Position numbers and translations under genes: made by a program. A stretch of 64,000 bases of DNA, from assembly GCA_021162545.1 (NCBI GenBank), contig JAGGYM010000053.1, positions 10,272 through 74,271 on the forward strand, given 5' to 3'. Source of the DNA: Dehalococcoidia bacterium. GTDB taxonomy: Bacteria; Chloroflexota; Dehalococcoidia; GIF9; AB-539-J10. The stretch's first letter is position 1. Every line of letters begins with the position of its first letter. The notes under the pieces were generated by a model. That model was not told the DNA's origin. It was given only the letters and a program-made list of their open reading frames with translations, and ran no database searches. This document shows positions 10,333 through 19,851 of this stretch, piece after piece.

Positions 10333-11184
10333 TTAAGCGGACACGCTTTTCTTCCAGCATTCCAGCGATTCTTTTTCTTCCTTTAGATAAGTACGCTGGC
10401 GGTTCATAAGCAGATCCCAGTCCACTTCATGTCCATTGAAGTCCGGGCCGTCAACGCAGGCGAACCTGGTTTCATTGTTCACCAGGACGCGGCAGCAGCC
10501 ACACATCCCCGTGCCATCGACCATAATGGGGTTGAGGCTGACTATGGTCTTGATTCCGAAAGGCCTGGAAGTCAGAGAGCAGAATTTCATCATTATGGTT
10601 GGGCCAATGGCAATGACCCTGTTAACTCCACCATCCTGGAGGAGTTCTTTCAGCGGCTCGGTTACCATCCCCTTACGCTGATATGAGCCATCATCGGTGG
10701 TTACGATGAGCTCATCGCTCACGCTACCCAGTCTATCTTCCCAGAAAACCAGGTCTTTGGTGCGAAATCCCATAATCGAGATAACTTTGTTCCCCGCTTC
10801 TTTCATTGCCCGAGCGATGGGAACGATGGTGGCAATGGCAAATCCCCCAGCGACGCACACTACGGTGCCGAACTTTTCAATTTCCGTCGGCTGCCCCAGC
10901 GGCCCAACGAAGTTCATCAGATGATCTCCGGCTTTAAGGCAGGCCAGCTTCCTGCTGGTGGTGCCCACTTCCATGAAGACAATGGTTACGCTTCCTTCTT
11001 CCGTATCCCAATCGGCAATGGTCAGAGGAATGCGTTCCCCTTCCTCGCTGCCCCTGACAATGACAAACTGCCCTGGCCGGGCTTTTCTGGCTACCTCGGG
11101 AGCTTTTACCCGGAACAGGTGAATGTCCTTGCTGAGGTCCTCTCGAGCTAAAATCTGGTACATGTTTCCTCCTTTGCCATGCAA
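10333..11184 (-). CDS. nfnA: ferredoxin-NADP+ reductase small subunit (NfnA/SudB/dihydroorotate dehydrogenase electron-transfer-subunit-like); the start may be the Met at 11163
   Basis: 283 aa with an FAD/NAD-binding fold and a C-terminal 2Fe-2S motif (…GMCGCCRV…RFACVDGP). It is paired with the GltD-like gene as in NfnAB/SudAB. Confidence 0.7.
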   Translation of the reverse strand: MHGKGGNMYQILAREDLSKDIHLFRVKAPEVARKARPGQFVIVRGSEEGERIPLTIADWDTEEGSVTIVFMEVGTTSRKLACLKAGDHLMNFVGPLGQPTEIEKFGTVVCVAGGFAIATIVPIARAMKEAGNKVISIMGFRTKDLVFWEDRLGSVSDELIVTTDDGSYQRKGMVTEPLKELLQDGGVNRVIAIGPTIMMKFCSLTSRPFGIKTIVSLNPIMVDGTGMCGCCRVLVNNETRFACVDGPDFNGHEVDWDLLMNRQRTYLKEEKESLECWKKSVSA

Positions 11185-11229
11185 AAAGCGAGTGTAATTA
11201 TAGCTTGGTATGCTAGACTAGTCCAGAAG

Positions 11230-12057
11230 ATGCCTGAGTTGCCGGAAGTAGAAACGATTAAGAATGAGCTCATGCCACACGTGGTGGGATACAGCATCAC
11301 CGGCGTTGAGCTTCTCGATGACAGTGTGGTGACTGGAATGTCCGGCGGAGAATTTTGCCGCATGGTGGCAGGTCAAGCGGTGGAGAAGCTCGAACGGCGG
11401 GGCAAGTATCTTATTTTCCTCCTGGCGAATGGTTATTCGCTGGTCGTGCACTTCAGAATGACCGGAGCTTTGTTGCTGGGTTCAAAAAATATCGACCGCC
11501 ACACCAGGGCGGTGTTTCACCTTTCCATTGGGGAGCACTTCGTATTTCGCGACCCGCGCAGATTTGGCGTAATGCGATTGTTGCAAGACATCGACGACCT
11601 GACAGGAAAACTGGGGCCTGAGCCGCTAAGCGAAAACTTTACGCCCAATGTTCTGGCACGGGGACTGAGCAATCATCACATTCCCATAAAGGCAGCTCTC
11701 CTTGACCAGGGCCTCATCGCCGGCATCGGCAACATGTATGCTGACGAGTCCCTCTTCGCGTCCCATATTCACCCTTTGAGAAAGGCAGATGCACTGTCGC
11801 CTGAAGAGATTTCTAACCTGCACCGCTCCATTCAGAAGATTCTCCGGCTGGCTATCAGCGATAAAGGTGCCAGCGTGGACACCTATGTTCGCCCGGATGG
11901 ACAGGAAGGAACGGCCCAGTTCAAATTCAATGTAGCTCACAGATACGGCAAGGCATGCCCCGTTTGCGGCGCGCCGATTCAACGGATCATGGTGCGAAAT
12001 CGCGGCACCTGCTTCTGCCCCGGGTGCCAGTCTCCAGGACAGGGGCTCCTGCTATAG
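11230..12057 (+). CDS. mutM: formamidopyrimidine-DNA glycosylase
   Basis: Starts MPELPEVET (catalytic Pro2/Glu3). The C-terminal zinc finger is CPVCGAPIQR…CFCPGCQ. The ORF track begins 17 codons earlier at 11179. Confidence 0.85.
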   Translation: MPELPEVETIKNELMPHVVGYSITGVELLDDSVVTGMSGGEFCRMVAGQAVEKLERRGKYLIFLLANGYSLVVHFRMTGALLLGSKNIDRHTRAVFHLSIGEHFVFRDPRRFGVMRLLQDIDDLTGKLGPEPLSENFTPNVLARGLSNHHIPIKAALLDQGLIAGIGNMYADESLFASHIHPLRKADALSPEEISNLHRSIQKILRLAISDKGASVDTYVRPDGQEGTAQFKFNVAHRYGKACPVCGAPIQRIMVRNRGTCFCPGCQSPGQGLLL

Positions 12058-12567
12058 GCGGTTGTAGCAGTAGAACCAGTATAAGCAATACCAGCTCATT
12101 TGCCAGTGCACGCTGGCTCAAAATACTGCCCATGCAAACCGGGATGGCGAAAAATCGAGGAATTTCCACCAACAGTCCTCATGTCCGTGTGGTCAGCCAG
12201 CACAGGTTGCGTGTCAAATCATTTAAGTAGGTAACCCAACCGGAGGTTGTTGCATAAAAATTCGAGGTCGTGTATAACATCTTCCATCGGAAAGGGCTTT
12301 CTAGCCTGATCCAGCGAATTTCTTCGCAACATGTATTTCTAGTCTCTGTGAATCGACGTCACGGGCAAGGGTTCTGGCAGGAAATATCTTGACATGGCTT
12401 TATTTGGTACGTGCGAGAAATTATATTGCATGCGGGCAGACAACCACATCCGTATTTCCATAAGGAACAGCGCCGCTGTGTGGGCCAGTCTGGAGGGTGT
12501 TCTCGGTCATCCTTCTCTCGTTCTTCAGATCGGCCTCTTCTGGTGAAGTCGAATTAGTAAACCTATC

Positions 12568-13086
12568 GTGCTGGTGCCCTTTATCAGAGGAGAGATATCA
12601 CTTAAATTCAGGCGGAGAGAAAACTCTCAGCAAAGGAGTAATGGATGGCAAAAGCAAAACTGTGTCCCTTTTCACACAGGCTCTGCACTGAGTGTCCCTA
12701 CTACAGAGGCAGGCACTTCAAACTGGGCCTGCGCAAGGAAATACGGTGGCTTTCTTGGTAAATCAGACGGGAACACTGCTCCCAGCGGCTCCTATCATTC
12801 TGGCGAGCTCCGGGATTGGAAAGATTGCATCGAGTCATGGAACAACAGTGGCCCTGAGTTGAAAGCTGGCACAGAGGTCAAGTTGAAGGTGATTGATGTT
12901 GATACGAACAGCTTTAGAATTTGCGACCTTGAGGAGGCAAAAACGTGGAACTACGCTAATCCAGGAAAGATAAGAATGATCAAAGGCCTTGAAGTCACCA
13001 GCTGGGATAGACTGATGAAAATTATCTCCCATAAAATTTCCGGAGGGCAGCAGGAGATGATTGAGGTCAATGAAATCCCGTGTTAA
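12568..13086 (+). CDS. hypothetical protein with uncertain start (no in-frame ATG near the 5' end; may start at an internal TTG/GTG)
   Basis: The ORF is given by the track only and I recognise no family. It overlaps a short Cys-rich ORF in another frame (12645..12761). Confidence 0.25.
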   Translation: MLVPFIRGEISLKFRRRENSQQRSNGWQKQNCVPFHTGSALSVPTTEAGTSNWACARKYGGFLGKSDGNTAPSGSYHSGELRDWKDCIESWNNSGPELKAGTEVKLKVIDVDTNSFRICDLEEAKTWNYANPGKIRMIKGLEVTSWDRLMKIISHKISGGQQEMIEVNEIPC

Positions 13087-13138
13087 GCGGCGAGAGGTAG
13101 GCCAGAAACAATAAATACAGGAGGTTTAATAGTCTGCG

Positions 13139-13690
13139 ATGTTAATAGAAGGGAAATTTACTCTAAAAGCTCCTATTCAGCAAACATGGGATTTCCTGCT
13201 CAAACCGGAAACGCTGGCTGCCTGTGTGCCCGGCGCGGAAAAAGTGGAACTGGTCGATGACAGGACGTTTGATTGCCTTGTTGCAGCGTCTGTAGGTGCC
13301 ATAAAAGTGAAGTTCCAATTCAGTGTCATTTTGACGGAGATAGATCCCCCGTCGCACTTGAAAGCGGAGGGTTCCGGCGAGGAAGTAAATAAACGTGGAA
13401 CTTTCACCATGCAGCTGACGGTGGACCTTAAAGAACTGCCGGAAGAAAACGTTGAAGTCTATTACAGGACCGACGTGAATATCGTGGGCAATCTGGCCAC
13501 CTTTGGCGACAGGATAATGAAAGCCAAGGCAAGGCAGGTGGGAGTAGAATTCGCCGACGCCCTGTCCAGAAAGCTGTCGGGCGAGGAAGTAGTTCCATCT
13601 ACCGGACTGAAAATGGGTGCAGGGGAGGTTGCAGCCAGCATTGCTGCGCTGCCAGCGGAAAAATTGAAAAACGTCTTCAAGAGAAAGTAA
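13139..13690 (+). CDS. SRPBCC-family CoxG-like protein (carbon monoxide dehydrogenase subunit G family)
   Basis: 183 aa. MLIEGKFTLKAPIQQTWDFLLKPE…CVPG matches the CoxG N-terminus. It lies directly upstream of FAD, Fe-S and Mo subunit genes. Confidence 0.8.
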   Translation: MLIEGKFTLKAPIQQTWDFLLKPETLAACVPGAEKVELVDDRTFDCLVAASVGAIKVKFQFSVILTEIDPPSHLKAEGSGEEVNKRGTFTMQLTVDLKELPEENVEVYYRTDVNIVGNLATFGDRIMKAKARQVGVEFADALSRKLSGEEVVPSTGLKMGAGEVAASIAALPAEKLKNVFKRK

Positions 13691-13747
13691 AACCGTCTGG
13701 TTGATGACTTCAGACAATATTAATATCCAAAAGGAGGATGGCAAAAC

Positions 13748-14680
13748 ATGATAAAGGACTTTGAGTACTCTGCCCCTGGAACGCTTGACGAAGCCTTGAG
13801 TTTGATATCTCAGTATGGGGAAGATGGCAAGATAATAGCAGGAGGGCAATCTTTGCTGCTTTTGATGAGGCGGAAATTGGTCGCTCCCCGGTACCTGGTT
13901 GATATCAAGGGCATATCATCTCTGGACTACATTAATATCAGCGAAAACGGCGACTTAAATATAGGCGCTTTAACAACACATCGAGCCATAGAGACATCCA
14001 GGGAAATACAGCAAAAATTCCGCATACTCTCTGAAATGGAAGAGAACATAGCTGCGGTCGAGAACCGAAACTGGGGCAGCATAGGAGGCAATCTTTGCCA
14101 TGCCGATCCAGTTGGGGATCCCTCTCCTGTATTGGTAGCATTAAATGCGCGCCTGGAGATCGTGAGCGTTCGAGGAGAGAGAACCGTGGCAGTGGAAGAT
14201 TTTGCCAGGGACCGCTTCTATGTAAATCTTGCGCACGATGAAATACTTACAGAGATTCAGGTGCCATGCCCTGCTCCTCGCACGGGAAGCAAATACACCA
14301 AGTTCAGCATCCTGGAAGGCAGTTTTGCTCTGGCATCGGTGGCCATGTCAGTTACCCTCAATGCTAAGAGCGATATCTGCGATGATGTCAGAATAGCCCT
14401 TGGGGCTGTAAATTCCACAGCTATGCGGGCCAGGGAAGCTGAGGAAGTACTCATAGGTAAAGAAATTACCGATGAGCTATTGGAAAAAGCAGGAGAGGTT
14501 GCCTCTGGGGAGGCTGATCCCATAGGTGATATGAGAGCTTCCGCGGCTTATCGGAAAGAGCTGGTGAAAGTGCTGGTGAAACGGGTAGGAAAGGAAGCTC
14601 TGTTGAGAGCTGGTAAGGATAGTTGGGAAGGGAGCTCTGCCAAGAGCGACGGGAAAGTAGCTCTGTTAGGAAGGAGATAA
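13748..14680 (+). CDS. xanthine dehydrogenase-family FAD-binding medium subunit (CoxM-like)
   Basis: 310 aa with the FAD-binding motif IIAGGQSLLLLMRRKL and a CO-dehydrogenase-flavoprotein C-terminal domain. Confidence 0.85.
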   Translation: MIKDFEYSAPGTLDEALSLISQYGEDGKIIAGGQSLLLLMRRKLVAPRYLVDIKGISSLDYINISENGDLNIGALTTHRAIETSREIQQKFRILSEMEENIAAVENRNWGSIGGNLCHADPVGDPSPVLVALNARLEIVSVRGERTVAVEDFARDRFYVNLAHDEILTEIQVPCPAPRTGSKYTKFSILEGSFALASVAMSVTLNAKSDICDDVRIALGAVNSTAMRAREAEEVLIGKEITDELLEKAGEVASGEADPIGDMRASAAYRKELVKVLVKRVGKEALLRAGKDSWEGSSAKSDGKVALLGRR

Positions 14681-14682
14681 AG

Positions 14683-15162
14683 ATGAAAAGAGAGTTGAAA
14701 ATCACGGTCAACGGTGATCTTTACGAACTTTACGTAGACCCTGGCATGTTACTGGTAGAGGTACTGAGAGACAGGCTGGGGCTGACGGGAACCAAGAGGG
14801 GTTGCAATAGCATGAGTTGTGGTGTCTGCACGGTGATACTGGACGGCAAGGCGGTTAAGTCATGCACCATACTTGCTCTTCAGGCAAACGGCAAGAACGT
14901 TACCACCATCGAAGGCATGGCCAACGGCTCTAAGTTGCACCCAATACAGCAGTCTTTCATTGACCACTGGGCATTCCAGTGCGGATTCTGCACTTCGGGG
15001 CAGATCATGGCAGCCAAAGCACTGCTGGACGAGAATCCCAATCCAACCAGAGAAGAAATCAAGCATACCATGAACGGTCATCTCTGCAGGTGCACCGGAT
15101 ATAACATGATTATCGAAGCGATACTGGATGCAGCAAACAGACTTCAGGAGGAAGTGAAATGA
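14683..15162 (+). CDS. xanthine dehydrogenase-family [2Fe-2S] small subunit (CoxS-like)
   Basis: MKRELKITVNG…GCNSMSCGVCTV… plus a second cluster motif (CGFCTSGQ). An RBS aggagataaag precedes the ATG at 14683. The track ORF starts upstream at 14623, in frame and overlapping the previous gene. Confidence 0.85.
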   Translation: MKRELKITVNGDLYELYVDPGMLLVEVLRDRLGLTGTKRGCNSMSCGVCTVILDGKAVKSCTILALQANGKNVTTIEGMANGSKLHPIQQSFIDHWAFQCGFCTSGQIMAAKALLDENPNPTREEIKHTMNGHLCRCTGYNMIIEAILDAANRLQEEVK

Positions 15163-17444
15163 AACATTATCATGTAATAGAGAAAGATACTCCCAATGTG
15201 GATGGATTTGCCAAGGTCACTGGCCAAGCGGTATATACTTTTGACATGACCATGCCCGGCATGCTTTATGGCAAGATATTGAGAAGTCCTCATCCTCATG
15301 CCAGGATCATCAGCATCGATACCAGCAAGGCTGAAAGCCTGCCCGGCGTTAAGGCAGTCATCACAGCCAAGGAAACGGGAGAGCGGCGGCAAGGTGCCTG
15401 GAGGCGCTACCAAGAGCTTTGCGATGAGCCCGTACTCTGCCTGGAAAAAGTTCGTTATATTGGAGACCCGGTAGCAGCAGTGGCCGCTATTGACGAAGAT
15501 ATTGCCATGGAAGCCCTGGACCTGATCGAGGTGGAATACGAACCGCTGCCTGCGGTGTTTGATCCCCTGGAGTCAATACAAGAGGGTGCGCCCCAGCTTC
15601 ACGATGAGGTAGAAAACAACATAAACGTGACCCGTCATATTGAATGGGGCGATGCGGACAAGGGGTTTGAGGAAGCAGACTTCATCAGGGAAGATGAGTT
15701 CATCTTGCCTGCTCAGAGCCATGTCCCTCTAGAGACGCATGGCTCCCTAGCCAGCTTTGATGGTGGCACCAACAGGTTGACGCTCTGGACTTCCACTCAG
15801 ACCCCCTACTATGTGCAGTGTTTACTGGCAGAGGCCATGGATTTGAGAGAGAACGAGGTGACGGTAATCAAACCTCATTGTGGATCGGGTTTTGGTGGCA
15901 AGAATGAACTGTTCGCCGACCAGTTCTGTGCCGGTTATCTGGCCAGAAAGACGGGTAGGCCAGTAAAGATAGTCTATACCAGGGAAGAAGAGTTTACCTG
16001 TGCGCGGCGCCGGACTCCAATACATTACTATCTCAAGATTGGTGCCAAACGCGACGGTACCTTTGTCGCCAAAGAGGCTAGGGCATTCAGCGATGGGGGA
16101 GCCTATACTTCCATGGGGGCTACTCTCCTTTACCTGACAGGATGGTTCTCAGCCTTCCCCTATTGCTATCCCAACTACAGGTACGATGGATACAAGGTTT
16201 TTACCAATAAGAGCCCGTCGTCTTCCATGCGCGGTTATGGTGGTATCCAGGCAAATTTTTGTGGCGAATCACAAATAGAAATGCTGGCTGCTGATATGGG
16301 GCTTGATCCCGTTGAAATAAGAAAGAAAAATGCCATGTACCCCAACTATGAGGTTCCCGGGCAGGCAACCATAGCGAGCTGCGGTCTGCCCGAAGGCCTT
16401 GAGAAAATAGGTGAATACATCAAGGAGCGCGGCGAATTACCCGAGGATCACGGCATAGGACTGGCTTGCTACGGTTTTAACAGCGGTGGCATCTTCAACT
16501 GGTTCAACACGCCCTATGCTTTTTCAGGAGCCGAGGTGAGAATAAACATCGACGGTATGGTTGACGTTTATTCTCTGGCAGCGGATATAGGTCAGGGTGC
16601 CGACACAACTATGTGCATGATAGCTGCGGAAGAGCTTGGTGTTCACCTTGACGATATCAGGATGCACTCGGGGGATACCAGTATTTGCCCCTCCGACCTC
16701 GGTGCCTGGGCCAGCAGGGAAACCCTGATGATGGGCAACGCCGTTAAGATGGCTGCGGCAGACGCCAAACGGCAGCTCTTCGAAGTGGCGGCATCGAAAA
16801 TGAGCGCGAATATCGTCTACGACCTGGAGGCAGGAGACAGAAGAATTTACCTCAGGGACCGCCCTGAAAGAGGCCTATCGTATTACGACGTCGTCAAGGA
16901 TGCCATAAGAGCCAAGGAAGGAAGTTTAATTGTAGGCAGAGGGCATTACACTCCCCATGGAAAGGGCATGATTTCTCCTGCTTTTAGCTTCGGCGTTCAG
17001 GCAATAGAAGTGAAGGTTGACAGGGAGACGGGGTATGTTAAAATAATGAACGCTTTTACCGCTCATGACTGCGGTCAGGTCATAAACCCTATGGCCGTTC
17101 GGGGACAGGTTGAGGGTTCTATAATGATGGCTGCTGGCTATGCTTATTCTGAGGAGATGCTGTATAGTGAGGGCGAGGTTTTGAACCCCAATCTCGTAGA
17201 TTATAGTCTGATTGGGTTTCGCGATATGCCCAGCGCGGTGACGGTAGATTGCCCGACCCATGAACCAGAAGGGCCTTTTGGAGCTAAGGAAGTGGGGGAA
17301 GGCATTACCTGTCCCACTGCGGGGGCACTGGCAAATGCCGTTTACCATGCCGTTGGCGTGCGGATTACTGATCCGCCGCTGACGCCGGAAAAAATTCTCA
17401 TGGCGTTGAAGAAGAAGGAGACACAAGAAAAATCGCCTAAGTAG
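15159..17444 (+). CDS. xanthine dehydrogenase-family molybdopterin-binding large subunit (aldehyde oxidase/xanthine dehydrogenase a/b hammerhead plus MoCo domains); substrate unknown
   Basis: 761 aa. It carries a GSGFGGK Mo-cofactor motif. The active-site region reads SMRGYGG rather than the CoxL VAYRCSFR/AYRGAGR loops, so it is probably not a true CO dehydrogenase. Confidence 0.85.
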   Translation: MKHYHVIEKDTPNVDGFAKVTGQAVYTFDMTMPGMLYGKILRSPHPHARIISIDTSKAESLPGVKAVITAKETGERRQGAWRRYQELCDEPVLCLEKVRYIGDPVAAVAAIDEDIAMEALDLIEVEYEPLPAVFDPLESIQEGAPQLHDEVENNINVTRHIEWGDADKGFEEADFIREDEFILPAQSHVPLETHGSLASFDGGTNRLTLWTSTQTPYYVQCLLAEAMDLRENEVTVIKPHCGSGFGGKNELFADQFCAGYLARKTGRPVKIVYTREEEFTCARRRTPIHYYLKIGAKRDGTFVAKEARAFSDGGAYTSMGATLLYLTGWFSAFPYCYPNYRYDGYKVFTNKSPSSSMRGYGGIQANFCGESQIEMLAADMGLDPVEIRKKNAMYPNYEVPGQATIASCGLPEGLEKIGEYIKERGELPEDHGIGLACYGFNSGGIFNWFNTPYAFSGAEVRINIDGMVDVYSLAADIGQGADTTMCMIAAEELGVHLDDIRMHSGDTSICPSDLGAWASRETLMMGNAVKMAAADAKRQLFEVAASKMSANIVYDLEAGDRRIYLRDRPERGLSYYDVVKDAIRAKEGSLIVGRGHYTPHGKGMISPAFSFGVQAIEVKVDRETGYVKIMNAFTAHDCGQVINPMAVRGQVEGSIMMAAGYAYSEEMLYSEGEVLNPNLVDYSLIGFRDMPSAVTVDCPTHEPEGPFGAKEVGEGITCPTAGALANAVYHAVGVRITDPPLTPEKILMALKKKETQEKSPK

Positions 17445-17473
17445 AGGCATAAGACAGAGAAGGAGGTTTACTA

Positions 17474-17695
17474 ATGTTTTATCATTGTCCGGTTTGTCAT
17501 AAGGTCTCACCGAATGCCAAGGACCTTGCCCGGCACATAATGGGAACGGGCAACAAAGAGCACCGGGGTTGGATCGAGTCGAAGTGCCTCTCTTTCTCGA
17601 AATTGCTCACCGCGCAAGCCACCAGCTTTGGAGACAAAGGGTATCAGCCCCTGACCGAGCTGCTGGAAAGAGAGGCTGAACGGGATGAAGAATAG
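17474..17695 (+). CDS. small C2H2-like zinc-finger protein (hypothetical)
   Basis: 73 aa with a strong RBS (gaaggagg) 6 nt upstream. The motif is C5-x2-C8-x12-H21-x8-H30 and the C-terminus is acidic. It sits between the Mo-subunit gene and hyuA. Confidence 0.45.
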   Translation: MFYHCPVCHKVSPNAKDLARHIMGTGNKEHRGWIESKCLSFSKLLTAQATSFGDKGYQPLTELLEREAERDEE

Positions 17696-17756
17696 GGAAG
17701 CAGTAAATCTGATGTCAAATAACTTCCCCACCAAGGGAAGGAGCGGAGGTAACTGA

Positions 17757-19817
17757 ATGCGAATAGGAATCGATGTAGGGGGTACTTTCACCGATGTGGT
17801 GCTGGTGGATGACGAAGGAAAGTTTTACTACACCAAGGCTACTACTACTCACTATGATTTAGCCGAAGGCGTACTGAACGGACTGGCTGATATCCTGCAG
17901 ATGTCGGGCAAATCCCTCAAGGAGACAGATACCATCGTCCACGGCACCACCATCGGCACCAATGCCATTGTGGAGGGAAATGGAGCCAGAGCAAGTCTGA
18001 TCACCACAAAGGGATTCGAGGACGTGCTGGAGATCAGGAGAGTGGCGCGCCCCAAAGAGGCCGCTTACGACTTCGAGGTGGACAACCCTCCTCCCCTGGT
18101 GCCGCGCTATTTGAGAAAGGGCATAATTGAACGCACCAATCACAAGGGAGAGGTAGTAATTCCCCTCGATGAAACTTCGGTGCGCCAAGTTGTAGCTTTC
18201 TTTAAAAAAGAGCAGGTGGATGCCATAGTAGTTTCTCTGCTTTTCTCTTTCCTCAACCCCGCTCATGAATTGCGCGTGGCTGAAATATGCCGGGAAATGA
18301 TGCCGGGAATAGATGTTTCCCTTTCGCATGAAATCTGTCCTGAATTTCGAGAGTACGAGCGAACCTGTACCACCGTTATGAACGGTTATCTTGGACCCGT
18401 TATCAGCGAGTACATGGACAATCTGGTTGCCCGTCTCACGAAAAGGTATGGAAAAGTCGACCTCCACATCATGCAGAGCAACGGCGGATCAATGACGGTT
18501 GATATCGCCAAGCACTACTCCGCCAACTTGATTAACTCAGGCCCCGCTGCCGGAGCCATTGCCTCCGCCTTCATCACCAAGCTCATGGGCAGAGACCTGG
18601 CTGTCGGCGCGGATATGGGAGGAACCACCTTTGATATCAGCCTCATCGACGGTGGTATTCCCAGAAGCACTACCTGGGGAGGAGTAACCGAATACCCTAT
18701 CAAGCTTCCCATGGTTGATATGACAACTATTGGCGCCGGTGGAGGTAGTATCGCCTGGATAGATGACATGGGGGCACTCAATGCAGGACCTCAGAGCGCC
18801 GGTTCGCAACCCGGGCCATCCTGCTACGGAACCGGTGGCGAATTGCCCACCATAACCGATGCTAACCTGGTTCTGCACCGACTGGATCCAAAGTATTTCC
18901 TGGGCGGCAGGCAGCAAATATACCCGGAAAAAGCGTATCAGGCCATCAAGGAACATGTAGCTGATAAGCTGGGAATGTCAGTGGAAGAGGCCGCTCTGGG
19001 AATAATCAGAATTGCCAACGCCAACATGGCAAAGGGCATCAGCGGCAGCTCAGTGGAAAGGGGATACGACCTGCGCGACTTCATGTTGATAGCCTTTGGT
19101 GGGGCCTGTTCCCTCCATGCCGTGGAGATAGCCAGGGAATTGCACATACCGGAGGTAGTAGCACCACCCATGTCCGGGCTCTATTCCGCTGTGGGGTTGG
19201 TCGTAGCCGACATACAGCACGATTACGTCAGGACGATGAAGGCGCGTATGGATGAACTCACAGGCCCGGAGATACAGGCCATTTTCCAGGAACTTGAAGA
19301 GAAGGGCATCCAGCAGTTGCGAGAAGAAAAGGTAAAGGAAGAGGACATGGTGCTGGAGTGGTCAGCCGATATGCGCTATGAGGGACAATCATGGGAATTA
19401 AACATTTCTATTGCGCGCACCGATACCGTAGGCCCTCAGGAAATAGCGCAAATAGAGTCTATCTTCCACGAAGAGCATCAAAAGGCATATTCCTATTCCA
19501 ATCCAGGGGAAGTGGTAGAATTTGTTAACTTCCGCGTGAGAGCCAAAGGCAAAGCTACCAAAGCGACTTTGCCCAGTTATCCTGAAGACCCAACTCCCCC
19601 GTCAGCAGCATTGAAGGATCGCAGAGTTGTCTGGTTTGATGAAGGCCCCCTTGAAATTCCCGTCTATGAGAGGGACCTCTTTGGAGTCGGCTCATCAGTA
19701 GATGGCCCCTGTATTATTGAGGAAAGAGTTTCCACGACTCTCGTGCCTGCGGGATGCACCTGTCGCATTGATGCCTTCAAGAACCTGGTGGTTTCCACTG
19801 GAGAAGATGAAGACTAA
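17757..19817 (+). CDS. hyuA: hydantoinase/oxoprolinase family protein, A subunit (HyuA / acetone-carboxylase-beta-like)
   Basis: 686 aa. MRIGIDVGGTFTDVVL is the ASKHA-fold N-terminus typical of N-methylhydantoinase A / 5-oxoprolinase. Confidence 0.85.
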   Translation: MRIGIDVGGTFTDVVLVDDEGKFYYTKATTTHYDLAEGVLNGLADILQMSGKSLKETDTIVHGTTIGTNAIVEGNGARASLITTKGFEDVLEIRRVARPKEAAYDFEVDNPPPLVPRYLRKGIIERTNHKGEVVIPLDETSVRQVVAFFKKEQVDAIVVSLLFSFLNPAHELRVAEICREMMPGIDVSLSHEICPEFREYERTCTTVMNGYLGPVISEYMDNLVARLTKRYGKVDLHIMQSNGGSMTVDIAKHYSANLINSGPAAGAIASAFITKLMGRDLAVGADMGGTTFDISLIDGGIPRSTTWGGVTEYPIKLPMVDMTTIGAGGGSIAWIDDMGALNAGPQSAGSQPGPSCYGTGGELPTITDANLVLHRLDPKYFLGGRQQIYPEKAYQAIKEHVADKLGMSVEEAALGIIRIANANMAKGISGSSVERGYDLRDFMLIAFGGACSLHAVEIARELHIPEVVAPPMSGLYSAVGLVVADIQHDYVRTMKARMDELTGPEIQAIFQELEEKGIQQLREEKVKEEDMVLEWSADMRYEGQSWELNISIARTDTVGPQEIAQIESIFHEEHQKAYSYSNPGEVVEFVNFRVRAKGKATKATLPSYPEDPTPPSAALKDRRVVWFDEGPLEIPVYERDLFGVGSSVDGPCIIEERVSTTLVPAGCTCRIDAFKNLVVSTGEDED

Positions 19818-19851
19818 GCTAAAATGACAGACATAAAAATGGAGGATGACA

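Noticed and set aside
8965-10386. Plus-strand ORFs (138, 119, 122 and 112 aa) overlapping nfnB/nfnA
   Set aside because: Antisense to the GltD-like and NfnA-like genes. They have no motifs.
12240-12640. Possible TPP or other riboswitch in the long leader
   Set aside because: I looked for TPP (CUGAGA…ACCUGAUCUGGAUAAUGCCAGCG), SAM, cobalamin and Moco hallmarks. Only a weak partial resemblance (cctgatccagcg) was found, which is not enough to call.
16926-17510. 194-aa minus-strand ORF inside the Mo large-subunit gene
   Set aside because: Antisense to a well-supported XDH-family gene. It has no RBS and no recognisable motifs.
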